Assembly (NCBI GenBank): GCA_043228905.1
Contig: JBHGNT010000004.1
Location: forward strand, 4,836,001 to 4,900,000
From: Azolla caroliniana
Taxonomy: Eukaryota; Plantae; Polypodiophyta
Reading direction: 5' to 3'
DNA: 64,000 nt
Under the pieces are notes generated by a model. The model saw nothing but the letters and a program-made list of their open reading frames with translations. It was not told where the DNA came from and did not search any database. Below, piece after piece: positions 1 through 11,320 of the stretch. Every line of letters begins with the position of its first letter. Position 1 is the first letter of the stretch. The position numbers and the translations under genes were made by a program.

Positions 1-1487
1 AAACGGGACGTCATGAGTTACTTGGAGGCCTTCAAGGCCGAAATGTTGATGAGGAACATTCCGGACGACACTCGATTGTCCGGATTTGCCTGAGTTGCCA
101 CACCAAGCATCCACGTCGAGCTGCTCGAGATTCATGCCGACTGTCGTAATTGATCGGAGTTCGAGGATCGGCTCCTCGAAAGGTACAACTTTCAATGACT
201 CGCTTCAGTTGTCAAAGAAGGAGTTCATGGAGTGGGTCGAACTCCAAGGAAAGGGCCGGAATACGACAACACCTCTCCACAAATTCGAGAAGCGATTTTC
301 ACAACTCTTGGTGTTGGATTGGACCATGCTCAATACGGGCAAAGTCCTATTATTCATCAAGTCGGTCGACTCGCGTGATCGTGAGAAGGTAGGTCTCCTC
401 CTAAAGACGGACGATGGCCTTACGACCGACTAGGCCGTAGTCAAATGGGTATTCATTTGTTTCGATAAACGACGTGAATCGAATGATGAGAGGATGTCAT
501 CGACATGCCCGACCACCAGAGGGATAATGGGCGAGGTGTCGACTCGATCAGACGAAGATGGTGTGGAACCTCCAGATTGCTCAAGCTCGGAGGGATGCCA
601 GGGGTCAATAGCTTTAGATGCATGTGGTGCGGCGGTGTCGACCACATTCGAAGGGACTACGCCGATTTCACAGAGGTGTTGAGGAACATCGTCGTTTACC
701 TATTGAATGGCCGCGCGCATGCTAGCGAAACACGGAAGCCCCTCAAGATGAACATTGGACGAGGCAACATGAAGAGGATAATGGAGGAGGCAATGATGTG
801 ACGCGTCGAAGCCATCCACTACTCGACATCGGCAGGTATCCGGGTTGGAGGATATAAGAGCGTCGGGATGGGGAGCAACACCGGATTCTGGCCGATGGTG
901 TTGGAAAGCTTCTCTAGGAAGAAGCTTACGAAGGAAGAGGCGGACCGCACAGAGAGACGGGTCTGAGAGGTCATCGGTGAAGAGAAAACCAACTTCGTAG
1001 AAGCTGCATGCCAGAACTTCGAGGTTCTGGTAGATGACAAGCAGGTCGGAAAGGCCGGAGGGGCGGACCCCTCAGGCAAATACAATACCCGGGATGAGCC
1101 AAAGGGGAGAGGGCGTGGTCCGATCGACCCACAAGGAAAGGGAACGGAAAATTTTTGGAGCTTCCGGTTGAGCTCGAAAATAGAGAAGTCAACATACCTA
1201 CGAAAGGTCATGGAGGAGCGAATCCTCGACAGTCAGGTGGAATTCACACTGCGAGAAGTGTTGGGCATTGCTAAGAAAGAATTCAAAGATATGATCATCG
1301 ACTATGTGAAGAGGAAGCGGCTCTCAACGGAGCTAGAAAAGCGATAAACCGGACAAGGTGAAGACAATACACATCGATGAAGTGGTGGGGGAAGAGGAGT
1401 ATGCCAATAGCCACTACATGCGACTGCATTGAGCAAGGGCAACAATAGAGAGTCCGGTCTGGATAGGAGATGTGAAGAAGGAGCCGG

Positions 1488-2064
1488 TGTCGTGAGGATT
1501 TTTGGTCATGGTGAGAAAACCCGAGCAGGAGGAATAAAACAAGATGTGCAACATTGCACGTGAACTTAGGAAAATTGTAACATAGGAATAATAGACAAAT
1601 GTAAGGAGGAAAAGTAAGATGTAAAGGTATAAAGGTGATGTGCACTTTGTAGACTAGAGGTAGGCACATGAAGTATGGGTGTAGGGAGTAGTGGGCATTG
1701 AGTATGTCGGTGAGAGGAGAGGGAGTTAAGACCCATCAATCTCACCTCCCTAGATAACGTATCAGCCTATGCAAGGATAAAGAGCAAGGGCGGTTGGAAC
1801 TCCGTTCACATCTTGACAGTTCGGATGAACCACGAGTGTAACAAGGACTCTCTCGGCGGAGAAGGCCGAGAGGATTTTTGAAGAGGGCTATAAAGGTGTG
1901 GGGAGGCGATAGTCCGGACATCCATCCGAAACCCCACACTTGTACCATAGGTAGGAATTTTTGGCTCTCCGAGAATGGAGGTTGTATTGTAACCATCATC
2001 AATGGTCAAGAAAGATGATGGCTCAAGGGGCGCTTAAGGGCACACGGAGCCATGGGCCCCGACA
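1488..2064 (+). mobile_element. Solo-LTR-like insertion interrupting the host element at the gag/protease junction
   Basis: Host coding (..IGDVKKEP) stops abruptly at TGTCGTGAGGATTTTTGG (1488), which is homologous to the reverse complement of the 4931 end of the second insertion. TATAAA near 1889. Candidate end ...CCCCGACA at 2064. Flanks (CCGG / TCTC) do not match, so the right boundary is tentative. Confidence 0.6.
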
Positions 2065-2127
2065 TCTCAATCAATGATTCCATGAAGGCAATCTCATTCG
2101 ATGACACCCTCAGAGACATTGTGACGG

Positions 2128-3790
2128 TTGGTCAGGGCGGGTCGGATTGCCCAGGTTAGCACCAAGTACAAGATTGTGGATTGGAAGGTGAGACCATTTG
2201 CATCACCCTTACCAGAGGACAACTGGGACTGGATGAAAGGGGTCACGACCGACCCGAGTTTACGAGACCCGTGTGGGATAGGATACCGATTCACCAACGA
2301 GACGCTACAAAGGCTCAAGATTGGTGGGGGTGGCTTCCTACTGTCCGCAGAGGAGGACAGGTTCCGGGGAATGCTCAAACGTCACAAGAAGGTTTTTGCT
2401 TTCTCATCGGAGGAGATCGGGTGCATCGTCTCGACAATCGTGGAACCAATGGTGACCTTCACGGTACCGCATGTGCCATGGAGCCTCAAACCAATCCTAG
2501 TACTAAGAGCTCACATTCCAAAGTTGATGGAGCTACTCAAAGAGAAGGTCAGTATGGGGATCCTCGAATTGTTGAGTGCCCCATATTCGGATCAGTGGTT
2601 TACAGCACCAAAGAAGAGCGGCACACTGTGCTTCATACATGACATGCAACCAATCAATAAAGTGACAATCCGGAATGCCGTGGTCGGGCTGACCATCGAC
2701 GGGTTTGCAGAGGCCTTCGCCGGAAGGTCGATCTACTCAGTCGACGACTTATATTCAGGGTACGACCAGTTCCAACTAGCCATCAAAAGCAGAGACATCA
2801 CGACGATGAGGACACCGCTCAACTTGGTTCGGATGTGTACCCTACGGCAAGGAGGAACGAATTCGGTGGTGCACATGGTGAATGTGATGAACAAGGTATT
2901 GAGGAATTGCATCCAGGATATCGCCATGTCGTTCCTAGACGACATCCCGATAAAGGGGTGTCTGGAGAACATGAATGACGAGACGATTGGGGACGGTGGG
3001 TGTCGGAAGTTCGTGGCGGACCACATTTCTGACTGCAAGAAAATACTCCGGACGCTGGAAGAAGCACGACTTACCTTCTCTGGGGAGATGTCTCTGTTTA
3101 GACAATAGGAGGTCTTGGTGGTCGGACACCCATGCGGACCCTATGGACGGAAACCGTCTCCGATTAAGATCGAGGCCATCTCAGCGATGAAGGGGGAGTG
3201 TAGGTCGACCACGGAGTTTCGACGATTATTGGGAGCATGCGCTTTTTATCACATTTGGATTCCTCACTATGCGCATATTGTAGAGCCGTTGTATGGCTTA
3301 CTGAAGAAGGGGCAGAAGTTCGAATGGGGTGAAGAAACACTCCGAGGTGATGAGGAGGGTAAAGGGGTTGCTAACGACGGCTCTGGCTCTCTAGAGGCGA
3401 TCTATGAAACGAGAGCTCCGATCTACGTAATGGTTGACATGAGACTGACCCGAATCGGATGGGTAATCAATCAGGAGGAAGAAAGCGGCACAAGGTTTGC
3501 CATCTAATTCGGTGTAAAGGTTTTGAGTGAGCGGCTGTGAGAATACGCCTAGGTCAAACGAGAGTTATGGGGTATCGTTTCAGCGGTGAATGCTGACAAA
3601 GACTATTTGATCGGGACGGAAGTGATTATTGAGAGGACTGTCTCCCGATTCTCGGGATGATATCTGGATGCGCAACTCTGGATTTAGCTATGCTCAGGTG
3701 GATGGCATACATTACGTCCCTGAACCTGGAAATCTGACATATTTCCGGAAAGGACAATACCATGGCCAATATGTTGTTGAGGGTGCAGTT
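2128..3790 (+). pseudogene. Ty3/gypsy reverse transcriptase + RNase H pseudogene
   Basis: ORF 2128-3108 has APYSDQWF, DMQPINKVTIR, DLYSGYDQF and FLDDIPIKG. It continues past a stop into GHPCGPYGRKP and the RNase H motifs. Confidence 0.9.
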
Positions 3791-4277
3791 CAAAGGAGAA
3801 GACAACATGGTATCGGTGTCGTGAAGATCCGTCACTACGCGAGGATCGTGAGGCAGAACCGCCGGGGTTCTGGACCGGAAGGATTCAAAGTCGGTAAAAG
3901 CTTTGGCACAAGCTTTAGCGAGAAAATACTTAAGATAGATTGGGAAAGAGAGAAGTTGAGATTACACGATTGAGAGAGATTGATTGAACTTTTAACTTTA
4001 GATTTAAGAAATAAGTTACACGATCAATTTGATAACGAATTTCTTCCTCTTAATTTTCATAAAAAAAACCGTGTTTTTTTCTCCTCCCCCTTCCTTCTTT
4101 TATAGATGCTCTCATGCATATGATGCATGTGAGGGTACAAGACATGCATAAATTGCATGTTTGCCATTTGGCGCTTATGTATTACATGTGGTGCATGATA
4201 ACCATGTCACTCATTTTAGCTCTCATGTATGAGAATTTACATGTAAAAGTACAATGATAGAAATATAATTTTAACTA

Positions 4278-4347
4278 AATAGCATGGCTTAATGATAAGC
4301 CAATTGACTTCTAACTTGGAGGTGCAAGGTTCGAATCCTTACTTGCC
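4278..4347 (+). pseudogene. Degenerate tRNA-Arg(UCU)-like sequence (Pol III A and B boxes) inside the solo LTR
   Basis: TGGCTTAATGATAAGCCA (D-arm hairpin, A box), TGACTTCTAA (anticodon loop TCT) and AAGGTTCGAATCCTT (T arm, B box) at tRNA spacing. Acceptor and anticodon stems do not pair. Confidence 0.65.
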
Positions 4348-4396
4348 CTCCTTGTATATGTAAATATGTATATATATTTATATATTTATTTATCTA

Positions 4397-4555
4397 GTCG
4401 CCGGATGCCATCGGTTACCGGTGCCGCCGCCGGATGCCATCAGTTACCGATGCCGTCACCGGATGCCGCCGCCTCGTCGTCGCCGGATTGCCGTCGAATG
4501 CCGGTGTCTCACTGGCGCCGGATGCCGTCGGATCACCGGCTCCATTGCCGGTCTG
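4397..4555. repeat. GC-rich degenerate tandem repeat (core CGCCGGATGCC) in the solo LTR
   Basis: Recurrent CCGGATGCC and GTTACCG motifs in an otherwise AT-rich element. Confidence 0.75.
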
Positions 4556-5329
4556 GTTTTGGTTGGCCAAAACCCTTTACGAGTAGCTAGCCCACCTCCA
4601 CTCTTAGTTCAAGTTACCTTGAACTCTCTATGCTCCACACATAGACACAAAGATAATATCTTTTGCTCCACCTTATATATGATGAGAGCCGTATTTGTCG
4701 TGCCTATGTGGGATATCTCACAATTTTCTCTTTTCTTTTCACAAACTTTATACCCTCATATCTTGACATTTAGTTGTCCATTTCTCGTGTAATAAAGTGC
4801 ATTCGAAACCTCCATCATTTTGTACTTAGATATTAAAAATGTTATCTTCACAATTATTGTATTATGTGATTCTTACTCGATTTCGTACGTTTTATGGGAT
4901 TTTCACACTATTGCCAAAAATCTTCACGACATCGGAGTACGAGGAAGTCGGAGTTGATTTCTTCGAGTAAGCCCAATTGTCGGTAAACGGACGAAGCACT
5001 TCGACCATGCATCCTGCACCTTGCACGCATTCAACGGAGACGATTACAAGGGGAAGTGACTTCTTATCAAAAGGTTCATGAGTACAATGGCAACGGATGC
5101 GACATGGACAAAGGAAGAGGGGAGTCGAATACAGAAGAAGGCATACAAGTACGTCCTACAAGACGGGGTGATCTGGCGGCATCCGAAGAAGCACAACAGT
5201 ACACCACTCTGGGTAATAACACGAAAAGAGGACCAGTTGGTGCTACTAGCCGAGTTTCATGAGAGTTCTTGGTCTGTGTCACAAACGAGTAGACGAGGCT
5301 CAATACTAAGAGAGATAGGGACATGACAA

Positions 5330-6443
5330 TCCGGACATCGTGGGACATGGGCTACCTTTGAGAAGCTCAAGGAGAGGTACTGGTGACCGGGAATGTACAA
5401 TGACGTGCACCACTTTGTGACGACATGTGAGAGTTGTCAACTACATTCCTTAATCCGACATCGTGACGAGCTACATCCGACCTACCCTCCAACCATTCAT
5501 TTCAAGTGGATGGTTGACTTAGTGACGATGCTGATGGGGGTCGACCAAATGAGGTACCTGGTACTTACAAGAAAGGATCTGACGAACCAGATGGAAAGGG
5601 CGAGCCTTGACGAACAAGACGATCGTAGCCGTATGTTGGTTCCTCATTGAAGATGTGATCTGTCGGTATGGGTGCATGGGAAAGATCGTGACCGGCATAG
5701 GGGAGCTGGATGCTCACAAAGCAACAGAGTTATTCGAATGACTAGGATTCAAGCTCTCCCTCACATCGGCGTACAATCCGGAAGCAAACGGGAAGGTCAA
5801 GCACGTGCATGGACCAATAATGAAGGCGATTGTGCGAGCATGCGATGGACGAGTCGGAAACTGGCGGCGACTTCTTCCATATGCATTATGGGCCAACCGA
5901 ACTATGCACAATTCAATAACAAGGTACATGTCGGCCGAGCTCATGTTCGGACAGAAACCGATCATGCCGGTAGAGAGGACCATAGCTTCATGGATGGTGG
6001 TCGATTGGATGGACGAGATGAATCAGGAGGAGTTGTTGGCCGCGCGTATTCGACAGCTTGAGAGGCGACTGAAGGACGTGCAACGAACGAGGGCAAACGT
6101 AAAAGACGTGCGGATGAAGAACAAGGAACGATTCAACCAGTTGCACCGACTGCGGCTGAGGAAGATAGAAGAAGGCAACTGGGTGTTGTTCTGCGATAGT
6201 AGTCTCGACAACCAACACTAGTTGATGCGGAAGTTTGCAAGACGGTGGTTCGAACCGTATGTGGTGACCAATATTAATGACAATGCCACATACCACCTTG
6301 CAGAGCTCGATGGGACAAGGATGGTTGTACTGGTTGTACAGAAGTGGATTAAGGTCTTCAAGGAGCGGCAGGAGGCAAAACTAGATCTGGAGGTGGAGAC
6401 TAAGGAGTCGAATGAGGACCAAATTGGTGACTTCGAAGGATGA
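5330..6443 (+). pseudogene. Ty3/gypsy integrase pseudogene
   Basis: HHCC zinc region (GHR..GTWATFEKLKERYW*PGMYNDVHHFVTTCESCQ), core remnants (KWMVDLV, AYNPEANG, LPYALWA), and C-terminal KFARRWFEPYVV...YHLAELDG. Broken by frameshifts and stops. Confidence 0.9.
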
Positions 6444-6454
6444 CGAGTAAGGAC

Positions 6455-6826
6455 CAGTCTAGAATTTTCCACAACTACTCGGTATTGTTGTGTTTGGTGT
6501 GTTGTGTGTGCGTGTGTTTGTTGTGGTCTATCCGGTTGTGTTCACAATTCTCTCTTTGTCATCTATGTCTAGGAAAGTGTTGTCTATTCCCTCCTCTGTT
6601 TTGCGCATACCACCTGAGCCTGTGAGCTCGTGAGATCATCTTCCGGAATTAGGCGACAGGGCCGGATTGGATATCGTTCTACAAGCCCATGTGCTCAGTA
6701 AAGGACTCCAACAATTGAGCCAGATAGGTCACCACAAGCTTAATAGCCGCTCATTCTTAGGCTCCTTGGTCCGAGACCCCGATAGTCCCGCCCAAGCTGA
6801 CCCGCAAGCCGTGGATTTCCACAACA
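6455..6826 (+). mobile_element. Probable 3' part (R/U5) of the host element's 3' LTR
   Basis: Follows the integrase stop and ends ...GATTTCCACAACA. Its reverse complement (TGTTGTGGAAATCC...CGGGGTCTCGGACC) resembles the 3817 terminus (TGTCGTGAAGATCC...CGGGGTTCTGGACC). No PPT or U3 recognisable. Confidence 0.5.
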
Positions 6827-9800
6827 TTGTTCCCTAACCATCCTACCCTTAACCCATCCAATTTAGCTATATTATATGTTTGTAAAAGTTATGGTGATAA
6901 CCATTTAACCCGCGGATATACTTCAAAATGTGGCACAAAAAATAGAAGCTCGAGATATGTCGCATCGACCTCATCGAATGGTCAAATATTTGATTCCATT
7001 ACATTCTATGATCGTAGGCAATTGATTGACTTTTGTGGGACTTTGGAAACGGGCATATCCAACCGTTGCGACTATTGTAAATTGAGCATCAAGTATTGTT
7101 TCCAAGTATGGGCCTCTGTTTTATATTTTCATAACCATGAATCCCTTGGAACATACCTCATCCACATCACCTATGTATATATAACTTGATGTTGTTTCCT
7201 ACCGCTTTTCTACATGCGTGCTCATAGCAAATCTCTTGGCCCCTTGGATGTGGAAAGCGAATTTATAATGCCACATCTTTTACAAGAATTTAAACGATGT
7301 GTATGATCTCCCGTCATTGGCATTTCAAGGGTTTTTCTTTTAATGTGTGATATCGAACTAGAACCATAAAGGTATTTTTTAAAAGGGCCCAAATGTTTGA
7401 GGTAGCAGGTTGTGAAACCTACATGCATACTATTCCTACCATCATGTCAATTTGATTTTCACAAAGAGTCTGCAAAGGTTAACTCACAAACTTTACAATT
7501 TGTAGTTCTGTTGTATCGACAACACGACGAGGATAATCTTAGAGAAGATAATCAAGATCACAAACTTCTATTACGATGGAGCACCAATGGATAGATTAGG
7601 GTTTCGATTCACTTCCCCGAATGACTGTGAAGCGAGGAACGTTAGTTATTAATCGTCCGAATAATCATGGTGTCATAGCCAGGTGAAGGTTCCGAAGTTA
7701 TTTTATAACGCGTGAATCTGGGTCTTTTCTCCTAGCTCTTTATTGTGTCCATGGTTTTTGCAAACAAGATGGTTCCACACCTGTGCTTGAACAAGGAAGG
7801 AATGGCTTTTCTTATGATCTTCTTAGTGGATACATACATATACTGTATAGATACATATTGTCTGCATTATCACCCAAAACCTGGTGATTCTCCTGTGTAC
7901 CTTCGTAGCAAGCGATGGCGAAAACAGACGTTCTATACCATAATGCTATGCTCCAACAGGTTATCCCAGTAACCTCTGTCACAGAAGATGCTTCCGAACC
8001 CTAACATTCCTTTCTTTTACCGTTTCTGGAGGGATGGAATTAGTAGTAACAGAGGAAGGAGAAATAAAGGTGGACATGGAAAGACTCGTTATGAACTAGA
8101 AAGATCTGTTTTTTATTTTTTTCATGGTTTTTCTTGCCATACATTTGCCACGGCGATGATGGTAATGGGTCCTTTGCTCTCTATGTAATGGTGAAAAACA
8201 AAGGTCTCGACGTCTTTAATAACATATAAAGCGAATGGTATGTAGCTGGTTTCATTCTTGCTTCCATTATCAAAAGAAAGGAAATGCATCAAATAGAACG
8301 TGTCTGAGCCTCATAACATAACATCAATAGAACCGAAATCTTGTCTCATGGAAGTAAAGTAATGACATTCGAAATGGATTAGTGGAATGTTGTTGATTGA
8401 GCTTTAGACGTGATAGGATTTGTCTTCATTATAACAATGGAAGTAGCATCATTCGCTATGTATCTATTTGGAGAAAAAGAAGAGGAGAAGTCATACATTT
8501 TCATGGAGAAGAAGATCTTATACAAAGTTGGGCTGCATAAATGAAGGTCTGGTTTTTAGGTATGTTTTCATAAGGTCGTTGGCGCAACGAACCTCAGAAA
8601 ATGAACTGGAAAATCACACAAAGAATGAAGCGTATATGATCCTATAGATTCTCGCAAACCTGAGAACTAGAGTATTGATGATTTACTGAGTTGAACTTCT
8701 CCACTGGACTTTTTGAGGGCCTGATGTCAGTGGGTTCAAAAGTTGTATTCTCCATTGCAAAATATCCAAACTCAATGGATAACAAGAGAAACACTACCTA
8801 TGACATATCGTGCCTCCCACAGTTGTTAATGTTTTTTGCTTCAACCTATGGAAAGCATTTATCCACCATTGCCTGTAAAGATGGGTCCTTATCACTGACA
8901 ATAGTTCCAACCTCACCATTGAATCTCTGGCTCTAAAGTATGATGATCTTACAAGCTGAATGGATTTGATGAGAATAGTATTGCTGCACAAACAAAGAAA
9001 GGATTGGCCAAGGTAATAAATATCATTCAATATGCAATTGATGTATCAAAGATGTTTGGAAGTGGTAGTTATTGGTTAAAGACCAAGTATAATGAGCAGC
9101 AGAACCAATTATTGGAACATGCCTTCACAAGTCACTTTGATGAAGTGACAAGGTTATGAGTCATGACAAGCATGAGCATTTATGCGAAGAAGCCCGAGTC
9201 ATACATACAAGAATGATCATCAACAATACGGATGATCATTTATGACAAGCATGAATCATAAATCCAATCATGATCACTTATGATGAGCTCAATCATTAAT
9301 TACAAGCAGTACACTTTTTGTTCCCATCATCTAAAGCTAGATGCAATCATTATTTTTAGCAGGATGCACTTTTTGTTCTCTTTATGTAAAGCTAAATGCA
9401 AGCATTACCAACTAGATTTATTCCCTTCCATTTGGTTTACCGTGAGGATGCATTGATGCTTGAACATGATGTTTCGGTTAAATTTGATTTGAATGATTAG
9501 AATTGCTGGAAGAGTAGAATATGATTCCAGAAAAATGCATTCATTGGAAAACAAGATGCAAATAGTTACAAATGCCTTTTAAGTTTTTGAAAGGGTGGAG
9601 TGAAATGCTGAAAACTTTTAAGAGTCTTGTATCCATGTGATGTGCATGCATGTGCTATGCAACACATTCGAGGTCCCAAACAATCAAAAGGGTTGATGGG
9701 GTATGCAAAGGGTTTAAATGATATATTGGAACCATAATGCCAAAAAGACAACTAATTATGTTGATGTAAATGTGGTGAATATATTTTGTACCATTACTTT

Positions 9801-11072
9801 TGTGAATTAAACAATAGCGCTATTTTCACATGGTTACCTATCATTTTCAGGATTAGTAAAGTATACACTCTCTATAGTTATAGTTTGCATACATGGAAGC
9901 TTAGTTGAATCCATCACCATGTCATTCTTCTATGTCATTTGAGAGATTAGTAAAAGATTGCCTAATTAATTATTGATGTCCTTTAAGATTTACCAAACGA
10001 ACCTTTCCGATGATAGAAGGGTCAAGAGCATTTCTCCCATTCAAGGAGAGTTTGTGCTAGTTAAATGTTGAGCTTGAGATTTATAACCTAGAACAAATAT
10101 ATCCAAATATTAATGCCAATATCATGAAATGAACAACATTTATGAGAACTATGTTTTTAGCAAATCCATCACAAACAATTTACATGACGTTTATTAAGCT
10201 TGGAAAGTGACCTCTCAAACATGGATACCAACTTCATGCCATATATCAAGATCATATGAAACATAAAAAGGTAGCCAACATAATTACTACATTATTTGGT
10301 CAAGGTATTCTAGGGAAATGAGCATCATACAAGACATTAGTTTGCCATCCTACGTGAAATACTAATATATAGGCTCACTCTTTGTGATTCCTATTATGGT
10401 GTAGGAAATTTGGTGGCTTGATGGACACAACACTAGACGATGCATGGGCAAGTTAACCTACATGCACTATGACATAAATTTTGTAAGAGGATGTCCCTTG
10501 TTTAAGTTTTATGCAATCATAAATACGTGAAGGCAAGTCGCTAATATTTAGAAAATATAAGTGAAAGGAATGTTCACTAATGGGATTGGATAGAGGGAAT
10601 GAGGTGCATGCATTACCATGATCTGGACAATGAATAGATGGAGTCTTTTAAAACAAGCACATATATTCCAAGCTCTTAGAAAGATGATATATATATATAT
10701 ATATGAAGCCTAACTACCCTCATAAGGCGCATCACATTGGAAAGTTGAAGCCTTGAAACACAAGTGGAGTTATCTAGGCTTTCATCAAGATGATCATGTT
10801 ACCTCTTCAAAGATACTAGTTCTCTTATTATCCATCGGTATGGGACATCAATGATAGGTTGCTTATGTCTTCCTCATAGTTCCAAGGATGGTCGAGAGGA
10901 GTCGGGCTCCTTTTCCAGTCTCTGCACCTTTTTTCTATTGATTGGTAAGAGATTCTTTACATTTAGGAGTGCCAAGATTTTAGGGAGATGAAGCATCAAA
11001 GTAGATTTGTAGTTCTCTATTCTAAATGCTTTAGGAATTACGTAGCTATATTTTATGTGAGAGACAAGTGTT

Positions 11073-11320
11073 CTCTCTTGCTTTGATACACAAATAGGTC
11101 TAGAAAGAATTGCAATGTAGATTCTTAATTTTAAATTTGGTACAATAGCTTCCATAAGAACTCACTAAGTTTCTTCTCTCTCGCTTTGATACACAAGTAG
11201 GTCTAGAAAGAATTGCAATGTAGACTCCTTATTTTATTTTATTTTTGAAAATATATCCTTTGGTAGACTCCTAATTTTAAATTTGGTGCAATAGCTTCCA
11301 TAAGAACTCACTAAGTTTTT
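11073..11320. repeat. Local tandem duplication of about 100 bp
   Basis: GCTTTGATACACAA.TAGGTCTAGAAAGAATTGCAATGTAGA...CAATAGCTTCCATAAGAACTCACTAAGTTT occurs twice. The second copy has an internal insertion. Confidence 0.85.

Larger units (their letters stand above)
3817..4931 (-). mobile_element. Solo LTR (1115 bp) nested between RNase H and integrase
   Basis: Perfect 12-bp terminal inverted repeat TGTCGTGAAGAT (3817-3828) / ATCTTCACGACA (4920-4931). TCGG is duplicated at 3813-3816 and 4932-4935. Removing the insert restores the host frame DNMVSEYEEVG. TATAAAAG on the minus strand near 4100 gives the orientation. Confidence 0.85.
1..6826 (+). mobile_element. Decayed Ty3/gypsy LTR retrotransposon (gag-RT-RNaseH-integrase, 5' end outside window, protease region lost, two nested insertions)
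   Basis: Domain order is RT>RNaseH>IN. Degenerate zinc knuckle CMWCGGVDH (ORF 505-801). RT motifs DLYSGYDQ, QGGTNS and FLDD (ORF 2128-3108). RNaseH motifs RELWGIV and HISGKDNTMA (about 3420-3780). Integrase YW*PGMYNDVHHFVTTCESCQ, WMVDLV and YNPEANG (about 5330-6440). Many in-frame stops and frameshifts. Confidence 0.93.

Noticed and set aside
2128-3108. Intact, active retrotransposon pol gene
   Set aside because: Flanked by stops and frameshifts, protease missing, nested insertions.
4278-4347. Functional tRNA-Arg gene
   Set aside because: Acceptor and anticodon stems do not pair. Reported only as a tRNA-like relic.
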